Below, one piece after another: positions 1-8,315 of a stretch of DNA of 33,225 bases. The notes beneath the pieces are model-generated. The model searched no databases. It saw nothing but the letters and a program-made list of their open reading frames with translations, and was not told where the DNA came from. Position 1 is the first letter of the stretch; every line of letters begins with the position of its first letter. Source of the stretch: a virus. The translations under genes were made by a program, and so were the position numbers. Location of the stretch: IMG/VR virus record IMGVR_UViG_3300028558_000013, positions 1 through 33,225 of that record; one strand, 5' to 3'.

Positions 1-127
1 ATACCCCCCGTCGCCGTTACAACCCCCGTCGGACCTGTGGGTGAGTGCGACTTGGCCCGGCTCTTCCATGCGGTTGGCGGACATGGCCTCGATGCGCTTG
101 GTGAGCGATGCGAGCTTCCTCTCTTGA
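1..127. repeat. Terminal direct repeat, left copy (identical to 33099-33225)
   Basis: Compared base by base: 1-127 equals 33099-33225 with no mismatch. The repeat is bounded exactly by the window ends, as expected for the overlap of a circular contig or for terminal redundancy. Confidence 0.97.
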
Positions 128-1518
128 GCCTCCGTCGGCAGGTCGATAGAGTCGCGGCATGCGATCGCGGCGTGGACCTGGATGTACTCGTACCAGGGGC
201 GGAACACCGCGGGCAGCTCGAACACGGTGCCAGCCGGGTTGATCTCGACGGTCGCGGTGATCGCGTTCGGAGGGGTCGGGGTCAGCGTGCGCGTCTGGTT
301 CGTGTCGTCGGTCGCGGTGATCTTGTACTCGACTCCGTTCGCAGTGACCTTGTCGCCGATCGCGCCGACTGCGCCCACCATCTGGAGAGCCGAGGTCGAG
401 GTATTGAGCACGAGGTTTTGGATCGAGATGGAGATGTTAGGGATCCCTGCGGTCAGACTTTCAAACACCGTCGTGCCGTTGGTCGTGAGTGTGCGGGTCG
501 CGTTGTTAAAAGCAGTGATCGTATGGGAACCGTTGTTTGCTGGGTGCGCGCAGCCCGACGATAGCAACTGGCCCCCGACGTCGTTCGGACCCCACAGGAG
601 GACGACCGGAACGATGGTGGGCGAGAATAGGATCGGCGTGACATCGGGGTTGCTCGACGTACTCACAAGCGCAAACTGGAGGCCGGTGTTGACGGTTCCG
701 GCGGTGATCGAGAAGACGTCGCCAGTGACCATGTCGGCGCTCGTCGAGTAGTCCGAGTTTCGGCTCAGGATCCAGCCGGTGCCGTCGTTCTTCGTGCACG
801 TGTAATAACCGTTGTGGACGTCGTTGGGGCTAACCTCATCCTTGACGAGGACGAAGTCACCCGCGACGGGCGAGACGCCATCGGCCGTGAGACCGGGCGT
901 CGCGCTGGAGAGACTGTGCGTCCCGACGGCTGAATATGTGTACGTCGGCAAAACGCCAGCCGTGGCCAACCGAGCCGTCAAGAATCCGTTGTTGAAAATC
1001 CAGGACGTGGAGCCCGAGCCCGAGAAAACCTTCCCCCGCGGCGGCATGGGCCGCGTGACCGGGACCGCGGGAGCCGACGAGTAGAGAGGCAGAGCGAACG
1101 AGTCGACCAGCGGCGTGTAATAAAGCGTGTACGAGCCCTGGGCGAGCTGGGGAGGGTTGACGATCAGGTTGTTGCCGAGGAGGGTGTACTCTCGGCGGCC
1201 GGTGCTGTTGCGGTCGAGCCACTCGAACCTATGGACGGTGGACGGCTTCGAGTTGGCGCCGTTCGATCGGTCGAGCGAATTGTCTTTGTAAAAGTCGTCG
1301 GGCAGCGCGACGGAGTTTCCAGCCACTCCACCAGCGAGCGTAAACGGGAACGTCTGGATCGCGTAGTGCTCGTACGCCCCGACGACGAGGTCATAGAGAC
1401 TAGAGGCAGCCTCGGACAGCCGCTGAGTGATGTCGTCGTCCGAGATAGAGTCATCGTTGACGATGAATGCGAGGGATCTCGTATTGGCGATAAGCTGGGT
1501 GAGGTTCGGTGTGATCAA
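1..1518 (-). CDS. Virion structural protein, 508 aa once the circle is closed (possible head-tail adaptor or tail protein). Not in the supplied ORF track.
   Basis: I checked every plus-strand triplet 1-3, 4-6 ... 1516-1518 and none is tta, cta or tca. The first upstream stop is tca at 1519-1521. The start is TTG at 1516-1518 with AAGGT 8 nt upstream. The frame continues across the junction (33098-33093) to TAA at 33090-33092, which abuts the ATG of the next gene. The translation looks like a real protein (starts MITPNLTQLIANTRSLAFIVNDDSISDDDITQRLSEAASSLYDLVVGAYEHY, ends RKLASLTKRIEAMSANRMEEPGQVALTHRSDGGCNGDGGYLP). Confidence 0.75.
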   Translation of the reverse strand, partial: MITPNLTQLIANTRSLAFIVNDDSISDDDITQRLSEAASSLYDLVVGAYEHYAIQTFPFTLAGGVAGNSVALPDDFYKDNSLDRSNGANSKPSTVHRFEWLDRNSTGRREYTLLGNNLIVNPPQLAQGSYTLYYTPLVDSFALPLYSSAPAVPVTRPMPPRGKVFSGSGSTSWIFNNGFLTARLATAGVLPTYTYSAVGTHSLSSATPGLTADGVSPVAGDFVLVKDEVSPNDVHNGYYTCTKNDGTGWILSRNSDYSTSADMVTGDVFSITAGTVNTGLQFALVSTSSNPDVTPILFSPTIVPVVLLWGPNDVGGQLLSSGCAHPANNGSHTITAFNNATRTLTTNGTTVFESLTAGIPNISISIQNLVLNTSTSALQMVGAVGAIGDKVTANGVEYKITATDDTNQTRTLTPTPPNAITATVEINPAGTVFELPAVFRPWYEYIQVHAAIACRDSIDLPTEAQERKLASLTKRIEAMSANRMEEPGQVALTHRSDGGCNGDGGY

Positions 1519-1529
1519 TCAATTACCTT

Positions 1530-1576
1530 AAAAAAGAAAAGCCGGCGTTTCGGATTACAAGGCCCGAAGCGCCGGC
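1530..1576 (-). terminator. Rho-independent terminator after the capsid gene block
   Basis: Minus-strand RNA reads GCCGGCGCUUCGGG-loop-CCGAAACGCCGGC, a 7+5 bp GC-rich stem with one mismatch. UUUUCUUUUUU follows immediately. It lies 20 nt downstream of the stop at 1597. Confidence 0.75.
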
Positions 1577-1596
1577 TAAGTCAGGTCACGGTCTGT

Positions 1597-1815
1597 TTAG
1601 GCGCAGATAGCTCGGATGGCAGCGGTAAGGGCCGCGTAATTGCCCTTGCGGTATGCGGCCGCTACTGCCTTGCCGAGTTCGTTGTCTCTCTCGGTGTCAG
1701 AGTCGGTATCGGACGATTCGGTATCGTCCTCATCCGGTTCCGAAGGCTTCGCATCGGCCTTGCCCTTGTATCGAGCCATCGCGCGGTCAGCGAAGTCTTT
1801 GCCCAAGTCGGCCAT
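1597..1815 (-). CDS. Hypothetical small acidic protein (capsid module)
   Basis: ORF track, 72 aa with an Asp/Glu/Ser-rich centre. It is packed 2 nt after the preceding gene and followed by a strong terminator. Confidence 0.6.
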   Translation of the reverse strand: MADLGKDFADRAMARYKGKADAKPSEPDEDDTESSDTDSDTERDNELGKAVAAAYRKGNYAALTAAIRAICA

Positions 1816-1817
1816 GG

Positions 1818-2207
1818 TTAGTTGGTCGTCCAGCGCTGCAGGCGGAAGGTGACGCGCAGCTGGTCACCCGATGCCAGGTTCACGAGAGCCCCCGCGGCGT
1901 TGTAGAAGTTGATCGTCAACGTGCCGGTCGTAGAGACCGTGTGCGCGACGACGTTGCCCTTGCATGCGCCCGTAGACGCGTTGTAGGTCGCCTGCATGAC
2001 GGTGATTTCGGCGTTCAGGTAGTCGACATAGCAGTCTTGCAAAGTGACCAAGTAGTCGTTGGTGTTTTGCAACCCGACCGAAGCGATACCGTCGGCCTTA
2101 TAGAGAACCGTGGGAACGGCCCCCGAAGTGCCTGCAGTGAAGATGAGGTCCAGGCCAACAACGCCGGCTTGGAAATTAGAAACATCAGTATTTACGTAGC
2201 GATCCAT
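1818..2207 (-). CDS. Hypothetical capsid-module protein (possible decoration or accessory head protein)
   Basis: ORF track, 129 aa, composition suggests beta-rich. It is the first gene after the major capsid gene, with AAGG upstream of the ATG. Confidence 0.6.
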   Translation of the reverse strand: MDRYVNTDVSNFQAGVVGLDLIFTAGTSGAVPTVLYKADGIASVGLQNTNDYLVTLQDCYVDYLNAEITVMQATYNASTGACKGNVVAHTVSTTGTLTINFYNAAGALVNLASGDQLRVTFRLQRWTTN

Positions 2208-2229
2208 GTTTGCCTTTTGGTGCGTTCAG

Positions 2230-2281
2230 AAAAAACAAGATGCCCAGTCGGGCCCGACACAACGCCAGGCCACGACCGGGC
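2230..2281 (-). terminator. Candidate attenuator or terminator immediately after the major capsid gene
   Basis: On minus-strand RNA a 9-bp stem forms (plus 2242-2250 with 2273-2281, one G-U pair), with an inner GGCC/GGCC extension. AUCUUGUUUUUU follows. Confidence 0.5.
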
Positions 2282-2287
2282 GTCTAA

Positions 2288-3532
2288 TTAGCCTTTGGTA
2301 GTGAGCATTCCGTTGTGGCCGGGGGCATCACACCAGACCATGAGGTTGGCGCGGTACTGGACCGAGACAGCGTCAGCGCCCGGGATCTCGATGACCGGTG
2401 AGCCGGTGCTCGAAGCGGGAACGAACGGCTTACCCTTCGGTGCGCCCATCTTCCAGCTACGGCTGGTTGCCACCAACACCAGCGTCTGCTGGAAGTGAGA
2501 CGAGCCGACGAACGACATGGGGCCGTGAGGACCTTCGATCTCGAACGACGGATAGAACACGTCGATACCGGCGCCCTTGACCTTGGTGGCCCCGCCGTAG
2601 CGATTCTGCGTCTGCAGAGCCGCCATGACCTTGCCCTTGGTCTGGAACGAACCGACGATGAGATCGAGCTGCGACCCCGGGACGTCAGCCACCTGGAAAG
2701 CCAGCTGGTTGATGCCTTCGAGGATCGACATCTTCGTACCGTCGAGGTACGAACCCGCAAGCTTCTGCTCGTCTTGCGAGCGGTTCAGCCCGAAGAACGA
2801 ATCAGAGCTAGAGACAGGACGGGCCGACGCGGGCGGAATCCAGCCAGGGATACCGGGCCACACAACCGGCGAAGTGCTCGCCTGCATGGTGCCCTGGGTT
2901 CCGATCACGTAACCATCCGTGACGGTGAAGCCACCCGAGCCAGCGATCGTGATCTGATTCTTTGCCGCGTTGATAGCAGTGACGCTTGCGGTACCCGAGA
3001 CGAGAGTACCCGTGGTCGGAGTCGCCTTCGAAACGAGGATCCCGTTGAATGTGATGTTGCGGCAGGCGCCCGCCTCCAGCGTCAGAACCCACGGACCCGA
3101 ACCGGTGTGGCTCTGGATGGTGCCGAGAGTGCCGTACCCGTCGTAGGCCAGCGCTTGGTCGACCTGCTTTTTGCAGGAATCCATTGCCGTCTTGGATTCG
3201 TCCAAGAGCAGGTCAACGATCGCGTTGTCGCCCTGGGTCCAGGCTGCCTGATCCAGAGGAACAGTCGAAAAGCCGTACGTCTTGAACGGAGTGACGTTGA
3301 AACTGAAACGAGCCGCCAGCGTTGCGTTGGCGTAAGCCGTTGCAGCTGTCGCGCCCTGGCCTGCTCCGACGTCGTCCTTGACGGTGACCTTCATGCCGTC
3401 GCCGGACGCGGGTTCGACCTTCTCAAAAAGGCCAATCAGAGCGGCGTAGTTGCCGCCGAAGGCCATATCCTCGTACGACTCATCGAGGTCCGTACGAAGC
3501 AGGGTGTCTACGTTAGTGTTGAAAAATGCCAT
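2288..3532 (-). CDS. Major capsid protein (by position and size)
   Basis: 414 aa, directly after portal and scaffold. It has a good SD (TAAGGA) and a hairpin plus U-run downstream. No domain search was possible. Confidence 0.75.
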   Translation of the reverse strand: MAFFNTNVDTLLRTDLDESYEDMAFGGNYAALIGLFEKVEPASGDGMKVTVKDDVGAGQGATAATAYANATLAARFSFNVTPFKTYGFSTVPLDQAAWTQGDNAIVDLLLDESKTAMDSCKKQVDQALAYDGYGTLGTIQSHTGSGPWVLTLEAGACRNITFNGILVSKATPTTGTLVSGTASVTAINAAKNQITIAGSGGFTVTDGYVIGTQGTMQASTSPVVWPGIPGWIPPASARPVSSSDSFFGLNRSQDEQKLAGSYLDGTKMSILEGINQLAFQVADVPGSQLDLIVGSFQTKGKVMAALQTQNRYGGATKVKGAGIDVFYPSFEIEGPHGPMSFVGSSHFQQTLVLVATSRSWKMGAPKGKPFVPASSTGSPVIEIPGADAVSVQYRANLMVWCDAPGHNGMLTTKG

Positions 3533-3551
3533 TGGTGGGAATCCTTATTGT

Positions 3552-4490
3552 CTATCTGGAGGCTGACTTGCGCCGTCTTGCGCGCACTTCATCAAAGGTC
3601 AGCTTTGTGTTGTGGTTCCGGTTCTCTGACTGCCGATTCCCATTGGCCGCGGGTGACTTCCTATCGTTCTCTTGAACGGTTAAGTGGTTGGCCTCGCCGG
3701 TGTACAGCTTGGCGGTCAACGCGTGCTCCGCCTCCGCCTCATCGAGGAAGGCGCGAACAAAGGCCGCGCTCTGTTCGGCCGTCTTGGGCCGTTCGTTTGC
3801 AGGAATGGTGTAGAACGTGTCCAAAGCCGTCTCATAGGCTTTGGTGGCCCATGCCGGGTTGGTCGAGAGATACTTAAACTCCGCTTTATTCTCGGTCACG
3901 AAGCCGATGACCGTCTTGGAGTGCTCCGCTTTAGCAGCCGCTCGGTTAGCCTCAGTCTGCTCTGCGTCGCGCTTCTTTTGCTCTTCGGTGGTCGTCTTGA
4001 CGCCTTCGAGATCTTTTCGAAGAGCCTCAAGCTCCTGGCGCTCAGGAGTCATCGGGATACTTGCCTTGAGATGCTGTTGAGTCAGGGCTTCAGCATCGAA
4101 CTCGATCAGGTCCGCGGCCTCCTGGTACTTACCCGCGGCTTTCAGCTCGCGATATTTCTTGAGGGTCGCAGCTTCCTTGGCGTCGGCTTCGAGCTGCTTG
4201 TTTTGCGCCTGCAGTCGGCGGATCTCTTTCTGCGTCGAGGTGAACTGATTTAGCTCGGCATCCGAGATATTGACCTCGGCTTCGACCTTCGGGGGTGCGG
4301 CCGGCGTTGCCGTAGTGGTCGGGGGAGCCGCAGGCTTGGCGGGCTCGGGTGGCTTCGCAGTGGTGTCGGCGTTCGCGCGACGTCGGGCCTTCAGAGCAGC
4401 GATCTTGGAGACGGCCGGGTCATTGGAGACGGAGGTGACCTCGGTGGCGGGTGCCTCGCTAGCAGCGGGCGCAGCGGTTTCGTCAGACAT
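3552..4490 (-). CDS. Scaffolding protein
   Basis: 312 aa lying between portal and capsid. It has an Ala/Pro-rich N-terminus, then a long Glu/Lys/Ala-rich coiled-coil-like region and a basic C-terminus. SD is GAGG. Confidence 0.7.
   Translation of the reverse strand: MSDETAAPAASEAPATEVTSVSNDPAVSKIAALKARRRANADTTAKPPEPAKPAAPPTTTATPAAPPKVEAEVNISDAELNQFTSTQKEIRRLQAQNKQLEADAKEAATLKKYRELKAAGKYQEAADLIEFDAEALTQQHLKASIPMTPERQELEALRKDLEGVKTTTEEQKKRDAEQTEANRAAAKAEHSKTVIGFVTENKAEFKYLSTNPAWATKAYETALDTFYTIPANERPKTAEQSAAFVRAFLDEAEAEHALTAKLYTGEANHLTVQENDRKSPAANGNRQSENRNHNTKLTFDEVRARRRKSASR
3674..3690 (-). promoter_or_regulatory. 17-mer CAACCACTTAACCGTTC, copy A (inside the 3' end of the scaffold gene, 141 nt upstream of the capsid ATG)
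   Basis: Exact match to the copies at 6672-6688, 24104-24120 and 29325-29341, in the same orientation as the operon. Confidence 0.6.
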
Positions 4491-4520
4491 TGGTATTACC
4501 TCACGGGGAACTGACTTGGA

Positions 4521-6410
4521 TTACGCGGTTGGCGCTGGAGCGCCGGCAGGCGGAAGCGGGAAAGCTGCAGGCGCGGGGCCGGGGCCCGCAGGCGGCTGCA
4601 CACCGAAAGTGGCTGGCGCGGCTGCTGGAGCCTGCGCCTTAGCCCGCTCTTCGATCATCTCTTGGAGCTGGGCTATATATCGAAGGATGTGATCAAGACG
4701 GTCCTGAGGGGTCTTTTCGTTCTTTTCCTGCAGGTACAGCGACTGCGCCGTTTCTAGAGCTGTATCCAGGTCGCCGAAGGGCTCAGCCGGTACGAACTCG
4801 TTTTCCTCGACCATGTGTTCGATCGCGCCAAAGACGTCGTTAATAGCGGCGTTGACGAGGTCAAGGAAGCCGTCGGTATCGGGGACCTGCTCCAACCGCA
4901 TCTTTGTCTGCTTGGAGATCGAGCCTTCAGCGAACCAGGTATCGATCTGCTGCTGGCGGCGGGCCATGTCCTGCGACAGCGACGACATCGGGAAAGCCTT
5001 CGGCCTGCCGAATGAGGACTTGTCGATCCCGATGTCAGACCACTTGATCTGCTGGCGCGTGCGACCGGGAAGTGTGACCTCGGGCTTTGCCTGGACACCT
5101 GCTTCAACCAGCAGGACGCCAATCTGTTCAACGAAGTCCTGAACCTCCAGGAGCAACTCAACATGGCGGGCGTCGTCTAGCTGGGCTTCCTTGGCGATGG
5201 CCACACCGGACATACCAGGCTGACGCTCGGTACGAGCCGCATTGTCGGAGATGCCGACGCGGTCCTTGACCATCTGGATTCGACCGGCGAGGTAGCGGAA
5301 CGACTCAGGCCCGAGGGCCTCGGGGGAGATGAACTTGGGCTCACGGTCGCCCGCGTACGGAATAATTCCGCCCGATTTAGCTGCGAAAGCACCGTCTGGG
5401 ATCTGAGCGCCAGTCGGTTTGAGAATGCGCGGCCATGCGATCCTCATCATGTTTTCCCAGTCGGCTGCCATTTGCCGCTCAATATCGCGCTGAAGAGAGA
5501 CGATCTGCTCTGCTACGCCTTGGCCTCTCCAGGAGCCCGAAAGCTTTTTGTAGCGCAGACGCGCAAGCGGGAAGTGGTCGCGCTCGTACTTGGTGTCTTC
5601 GAAGACGAAGCCATCGACGGCGAGGACGCGGCGTCCGGGCTTCTTGCCCGAGGGGAGCTGCCAGGCAAGCGCTAGGACGCGAAGGTCGGACGTATCGAGG
5701 TCAGAGCCGAAGTACATTCCCAGTTCGACCTTGGGAGCGTTGCGGATTGCGGCTTCGGCGCCGTCGATGTGACCGAATCGTTCGATCAGGTCATCGACAT
5801 ATTCGAACGTTCGGATTGCGAGCGTCTTCGGGTTGTCCTTGAGGTTGGACTGTGACTCGTCGATGATGACTTCGTCGTCCATGACGACGCGTGTTTCGAT
5901 CTTCTTGGAAATACCGACGTCACAGAGGACGTAGCCGGTGCCGTACATTCGCGCGTCTGCGCCGGCTTGCTGGACCAAAGGCCACAGCTTCATGTCGTGG
6001 AAGGCCGCGTCCGTCCAGCGTGTCAGCTTCTTTGCCTTCACCCTTTGGCCGAAGTCGCCCGCGTCTGGACACCACTGCAGAAACGGACGCTGTGAATAAA
6101 TGCGGTTGGCTAGGACATCGTCCACCATCGCCAATGCGTTGAAGCTGGGCGCGGTCCATTGCGCGCGGCTGTAGAACGACGTGATCGACCCGGGACGCGC
6201 ACCTACTGCATAATTAAATGCGGTGTTGGTCGCGCGACCGGTCATGTACCTGTAGAAGAGAAGGTTATTGTATCGGCGCGGCCAGTTGACTAGCTCGATG
6301 TTCCGAATCCAGCTGAAGAGCTGGCGAGCGGTCTCAGGGCCTTTCGGAGCAGTCCACCACCGACGGGGAATTGATCCTTTCTTGGGCCGAGGCTTGTCGT
6401 TGATTGGCAA
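4521..6410 (-). CDS. Portal protein
   Basis: 629 aa lying between the large terminase and scaffold. TTG start with GGTGGAG upstream. Its Ala/Pro-rich C-terminal tail is consistent with portal proteins. Called from synteny and size. Confidence 0.75.
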   Translation of the reverse strand: MPINDKPRPKKGSIPRRWWTAPKGPETARQLFSWIRNIELVNWPRRYNNLLFYRYMTGRATNTAFNYAVGARPGSITSFYSRAQWTAPSFNALAMVDDVLANRIYSQRPFLQWCPDAGDFGQRVKAKKLTRWTDAAFHDMKLWPLVQQAGADARMYGTGYVLCDVGISKKIETRVVMDDEVIIDESQSNLKDNPKTLAIRTFEYVDDLIERFGHIDGAEAAIRNAPKVELGMYFGSDLDTSDLRVLALAWQLPSGKKPGRRVLAVDGFVFEDTKYERDHFPLARLRYKKLSGSWRGQGVAEQIVSLQRDIERQMAADWENMMRIAWPRILKPTGAQIPDGAFAAKSGGIIPYAGDREPKFISPEALGPESFRYLAGRIQMVKDRVGISDNAARTERQPGMSGVAIAKEAQLDDARHVELLLEVQDFVEQIGVLLVEAGVQAKPEVTLPGRTRQQIKWSDIGIDKSSFGRPKAFPMSSLSQDMARRQQQIDTWFAEGSISKQTKMRLEQVPDTDGFLDLVNAAINDVFGAIEHMVEENEFVPAEPFGDLDTALETAQSLYLQEKNEKTPQDRLDHILRYIAQLQEMIEERAKAQAPAAAPATFGVQPPAGPGPAPAAFPLPPAGAPAPTA

Positions 6411-6413
6411 CGG

Positions 6414-6665
6414 TTACTCCACCGAGCCCAGCTCGAACGGGGGAGGGTCTAGACACGCATCAATGGGATTGATGGGAGCCTTGTCGGGGTCCGTCTCAGG
6501 CGGAGCCATCCGGTACTGACGCGGCTCAGCGGCCTGGACAGCGGGGGGTGCCGGGGCAGCTTCGAAAATGAGCTCAAGCCCGTTGTATCGGAACACGGAC
6601 ACATGAGCAGCACGAAGCTGGTTCAGCAGCTCGGGCAGAGAGGTAACGCTAATATCGATGGACAC
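6414..6665 (-). CDS. Hypothetical 83-aa protein between terminase and portal
   Basis: ORF track. GTG start 6 nt downstream of 17-mer copy B. The stop lies 3 nt before the portal start. Confidence 0.55.
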   Translation of the reverse strand: MSIDISVTSLPELLNQLRAAHVSVFRYNGLELIFEAAPAPPAVQAAEPRQYRMAPPETDPDKAPINPIDACLDPPPFELGSVE

Positions 6666-6671
6666 TCATCG

Positions 6672-6688
6672 GAACGGTTAAGTGGTTG
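6672..6688 (-). promoter_or_regulatory. 17-mer CAACCACTTAACCGTTC, copy B
   Basis: Exact copy. It begins 1 nt after the terminase stop (TAG at 6690-6692) and ends 6 nt before the GTG at 6665. Confidence 0.6.
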
Positions 6689-6689
6689 A

Positions 6690-8315
6690 CTAGTCAGGAG
6701 GGCCGTAGCTGTCGCTAGACGAGCCGCCTAACATGCGAGCCAGGCCCGGATCGTCCTGGTAGCCGTACACCGGTGGGGGTGGCGGCTGATTTATCAAGAT
6801 CTCGATCAATTGCGCCGGCGTAGGCGGAACCTTCGGGGGGCGATAGCCGTCATTCCAAGCGGCCAGCGCGTAGCGGAATGCCTCAGACGCATCCACCTTG
6901 TTCGGACCGATGGCCAGCTTGAACTTTCCACGGGCCAACTCACGGCGATCCCAAATCGCCCTTTCCCAGTCCGCGACAAGCGGTGACCCGACCATGCCCC
7001 TGATTCGTCCGAGCATGAGCAGCTCAGACGTTCGGCGAATCTGAGTGACCATGCCTTTTTTGTTGGCAGCGGCGATGAGAGGAATTCCATACATCTTCGA
7101 AAATTCGTCGTGTTCGGTTCCGTCCGCCCCGGCGTCATAGAACATCCCGACCACTGGTAGGTTCTTTTGGAGCAGCTGCAGAATCGGAAGCAGCTCACCC
7201 CACGTGAAGTGCTGGTCCCGTTCTGACGTCCAGTCGAAGACGTGCTGTAGAATCGGGGTGCTCGGGCCATAGCCTAGGGCTTGTATCGAAGCACGATCAG
7301 ACCCTCCGAGATCGAGAGCTACGAGTATCTCTGTGATGCCTTGGAGCAGCTCCCCAGCGAAAATGCGGCCAGAGCGAACGGCGATGGTGTCAGCCCACTT
7401 GGGGCGGGTGGGCTCGTAGGTGTTCCGAATCGGCTCGTAGCGATACGGCTTGCCCGCGTCGATATCGTAGACAAGCTCACCCTTCCACTGGCGTCGGGCT
7501 TGGGGGTCTTCCTCTGAGAGGTGGCGAGCGGCTAGCCATTTCTCGAACATCTCCCGCTGACGCTTTAGAAATGGGTTGTCGAGACGTGACCAGCCGTGGC
7601 GCTCGTACTCTGGCGGGTCCGCCACCAGCTCCTTGCCGTTGGCCTGTGCTTCTGCAGTGGCGTCCTCGTACTGCTTGGCCTCCATGAGCTTGCGCCAAAA
7701 CCATCCACCCTTGGCTCGGGGGAGTGAGCCGATACAGATCAGTCGGCCAGGGTTGGGATGTTCGTCGGTGAGGTCGGTGAGTCGGTCTACGATCACGTCC
7801 TCGATGAGGGGCTCTAAAACGGAATCAACCCGCTCTTGAACCTCGTCTAGGCAGACCACGCCACCGGCCATGCTCATGCCAAGGAAGACCCACGCCTGAG
7901 AGACGTCGTCGGCGCCTGCGAACTGGGCTACCGAGCCGTTAGGGAAGGTGGTGGTCAGGTCCGAGTCTTTGTGCTCACAGATAATGCCCGCCTTCTTGAG
8001 CATCTTTTTCCACGGGCGCCACGCCACCCGCTTCGCCTGGTCTGCCGTGATCGCCAGATAGAGAAAAGGTGTCTCGGGGGTGTCCAGGCAGGCGTTGGCA
8101 CCGATCTTGAGGATCGGGTACGTCTTGCCAGCTCGGGGGGTGGCTCCTACGATGAGTTTCTCTGCCGTCGATCGCAGTAGACGAAGCTGGCCCTCATGGA
8201 CCCGTCCGTCAGGGGTGGTGGAGAATGATTCGTCCGTCCACAGTGCTCGCTGGCGCGCGTTGATGGCGCAGAGCTTGGCTTGCGCTTCCTCGGGCGAGAC
8301 TGGCTTACGCGCCAT
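6690..8315 (-). CDS. terL: Terminase large subunit
   Basis: 541 aa with a Walker A-like VGATPRAGKT and Walker B GVVCLDEVQ. The C-terminal half carries acidic motifs (LVALDLGGSD, MFYDAGADG) as in RNase H-fold terminase nucleases. It lies upstream of the portal. Confidence 0.85.
   Translation of the reverse strand: MARKPVSPEEAQAKLCAINARQRALWTDESFSTTPDGRVHEGQLRLLRSTAEKLIVGATPRAGKTYPILKIGANACLDTPETPFLYLAITADQAKRVAWRPWKKMLKKAGIICEHKDSDLTTTFPNGSVAQFAGADDVSQAWVFLGMSMAGGVVCLDEVQERVDSVLEPLIEDVIVDRLTDLTDEHPNPGRLICIGSLPRAKGGWFWRKLMEAKQYEDATAEAQANGKELVADPPEYERHGWSRLDNPFLKRQREMFEKWLAARHLSEEDPQARRQWKGELVYDIDAGKPYRYEPIRNTYEPTRPKWADTIAVRSGRIFAGELLQGITEILVALDLGGSDRASIQALGYGPSTPILQHVFDWTSERDQHFTWGELLPILQLLQKNLPVVGMFYDAGADGTEHDEFSKMYGIPLIAAANKKGMVTQIRRTSELLMLGRIRGMVGSPLVADWERAIWDRRELARGKFKLAIGPNKVDASEAFRYALAAWNDGYRPPKVPPTPAQLIEILINQPPPPPVYGYQDDPGLARMLGGSSSDSYGPPD

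Noticed and set aside
37-1821. Track ORFs 37-564(+), 182-751(+), 453-644(-), 506-799(-), 812-1084(+), 857-1222(-), 1164-1454(-) and 1231-1821(+)
   Set aside because: All overlap the uninterrupted 1518-nt minus-frame ORF. They translate into Arg/Ser/Gly-rich low-complexity sequence typical of off-frame or antisense shadows in GC-rich DNA.
2495-3877. 460-aa plus-strand ORF, the largest of several antisense ORFs across the capsid and scaffold genes
   Set aside because: It is antisense to two well-supported, tightly packed genes. Its translation is extremely Arg-rich, and it has no sensible start context. It is a GC-driven shadow ORF. The same reasoning applies to 3684-4253, 4270-4692, 5435-5842, 15032-15667, 28629-29036, 29144-29695, 29659-30378, 30576-30983 and 31776-32156.
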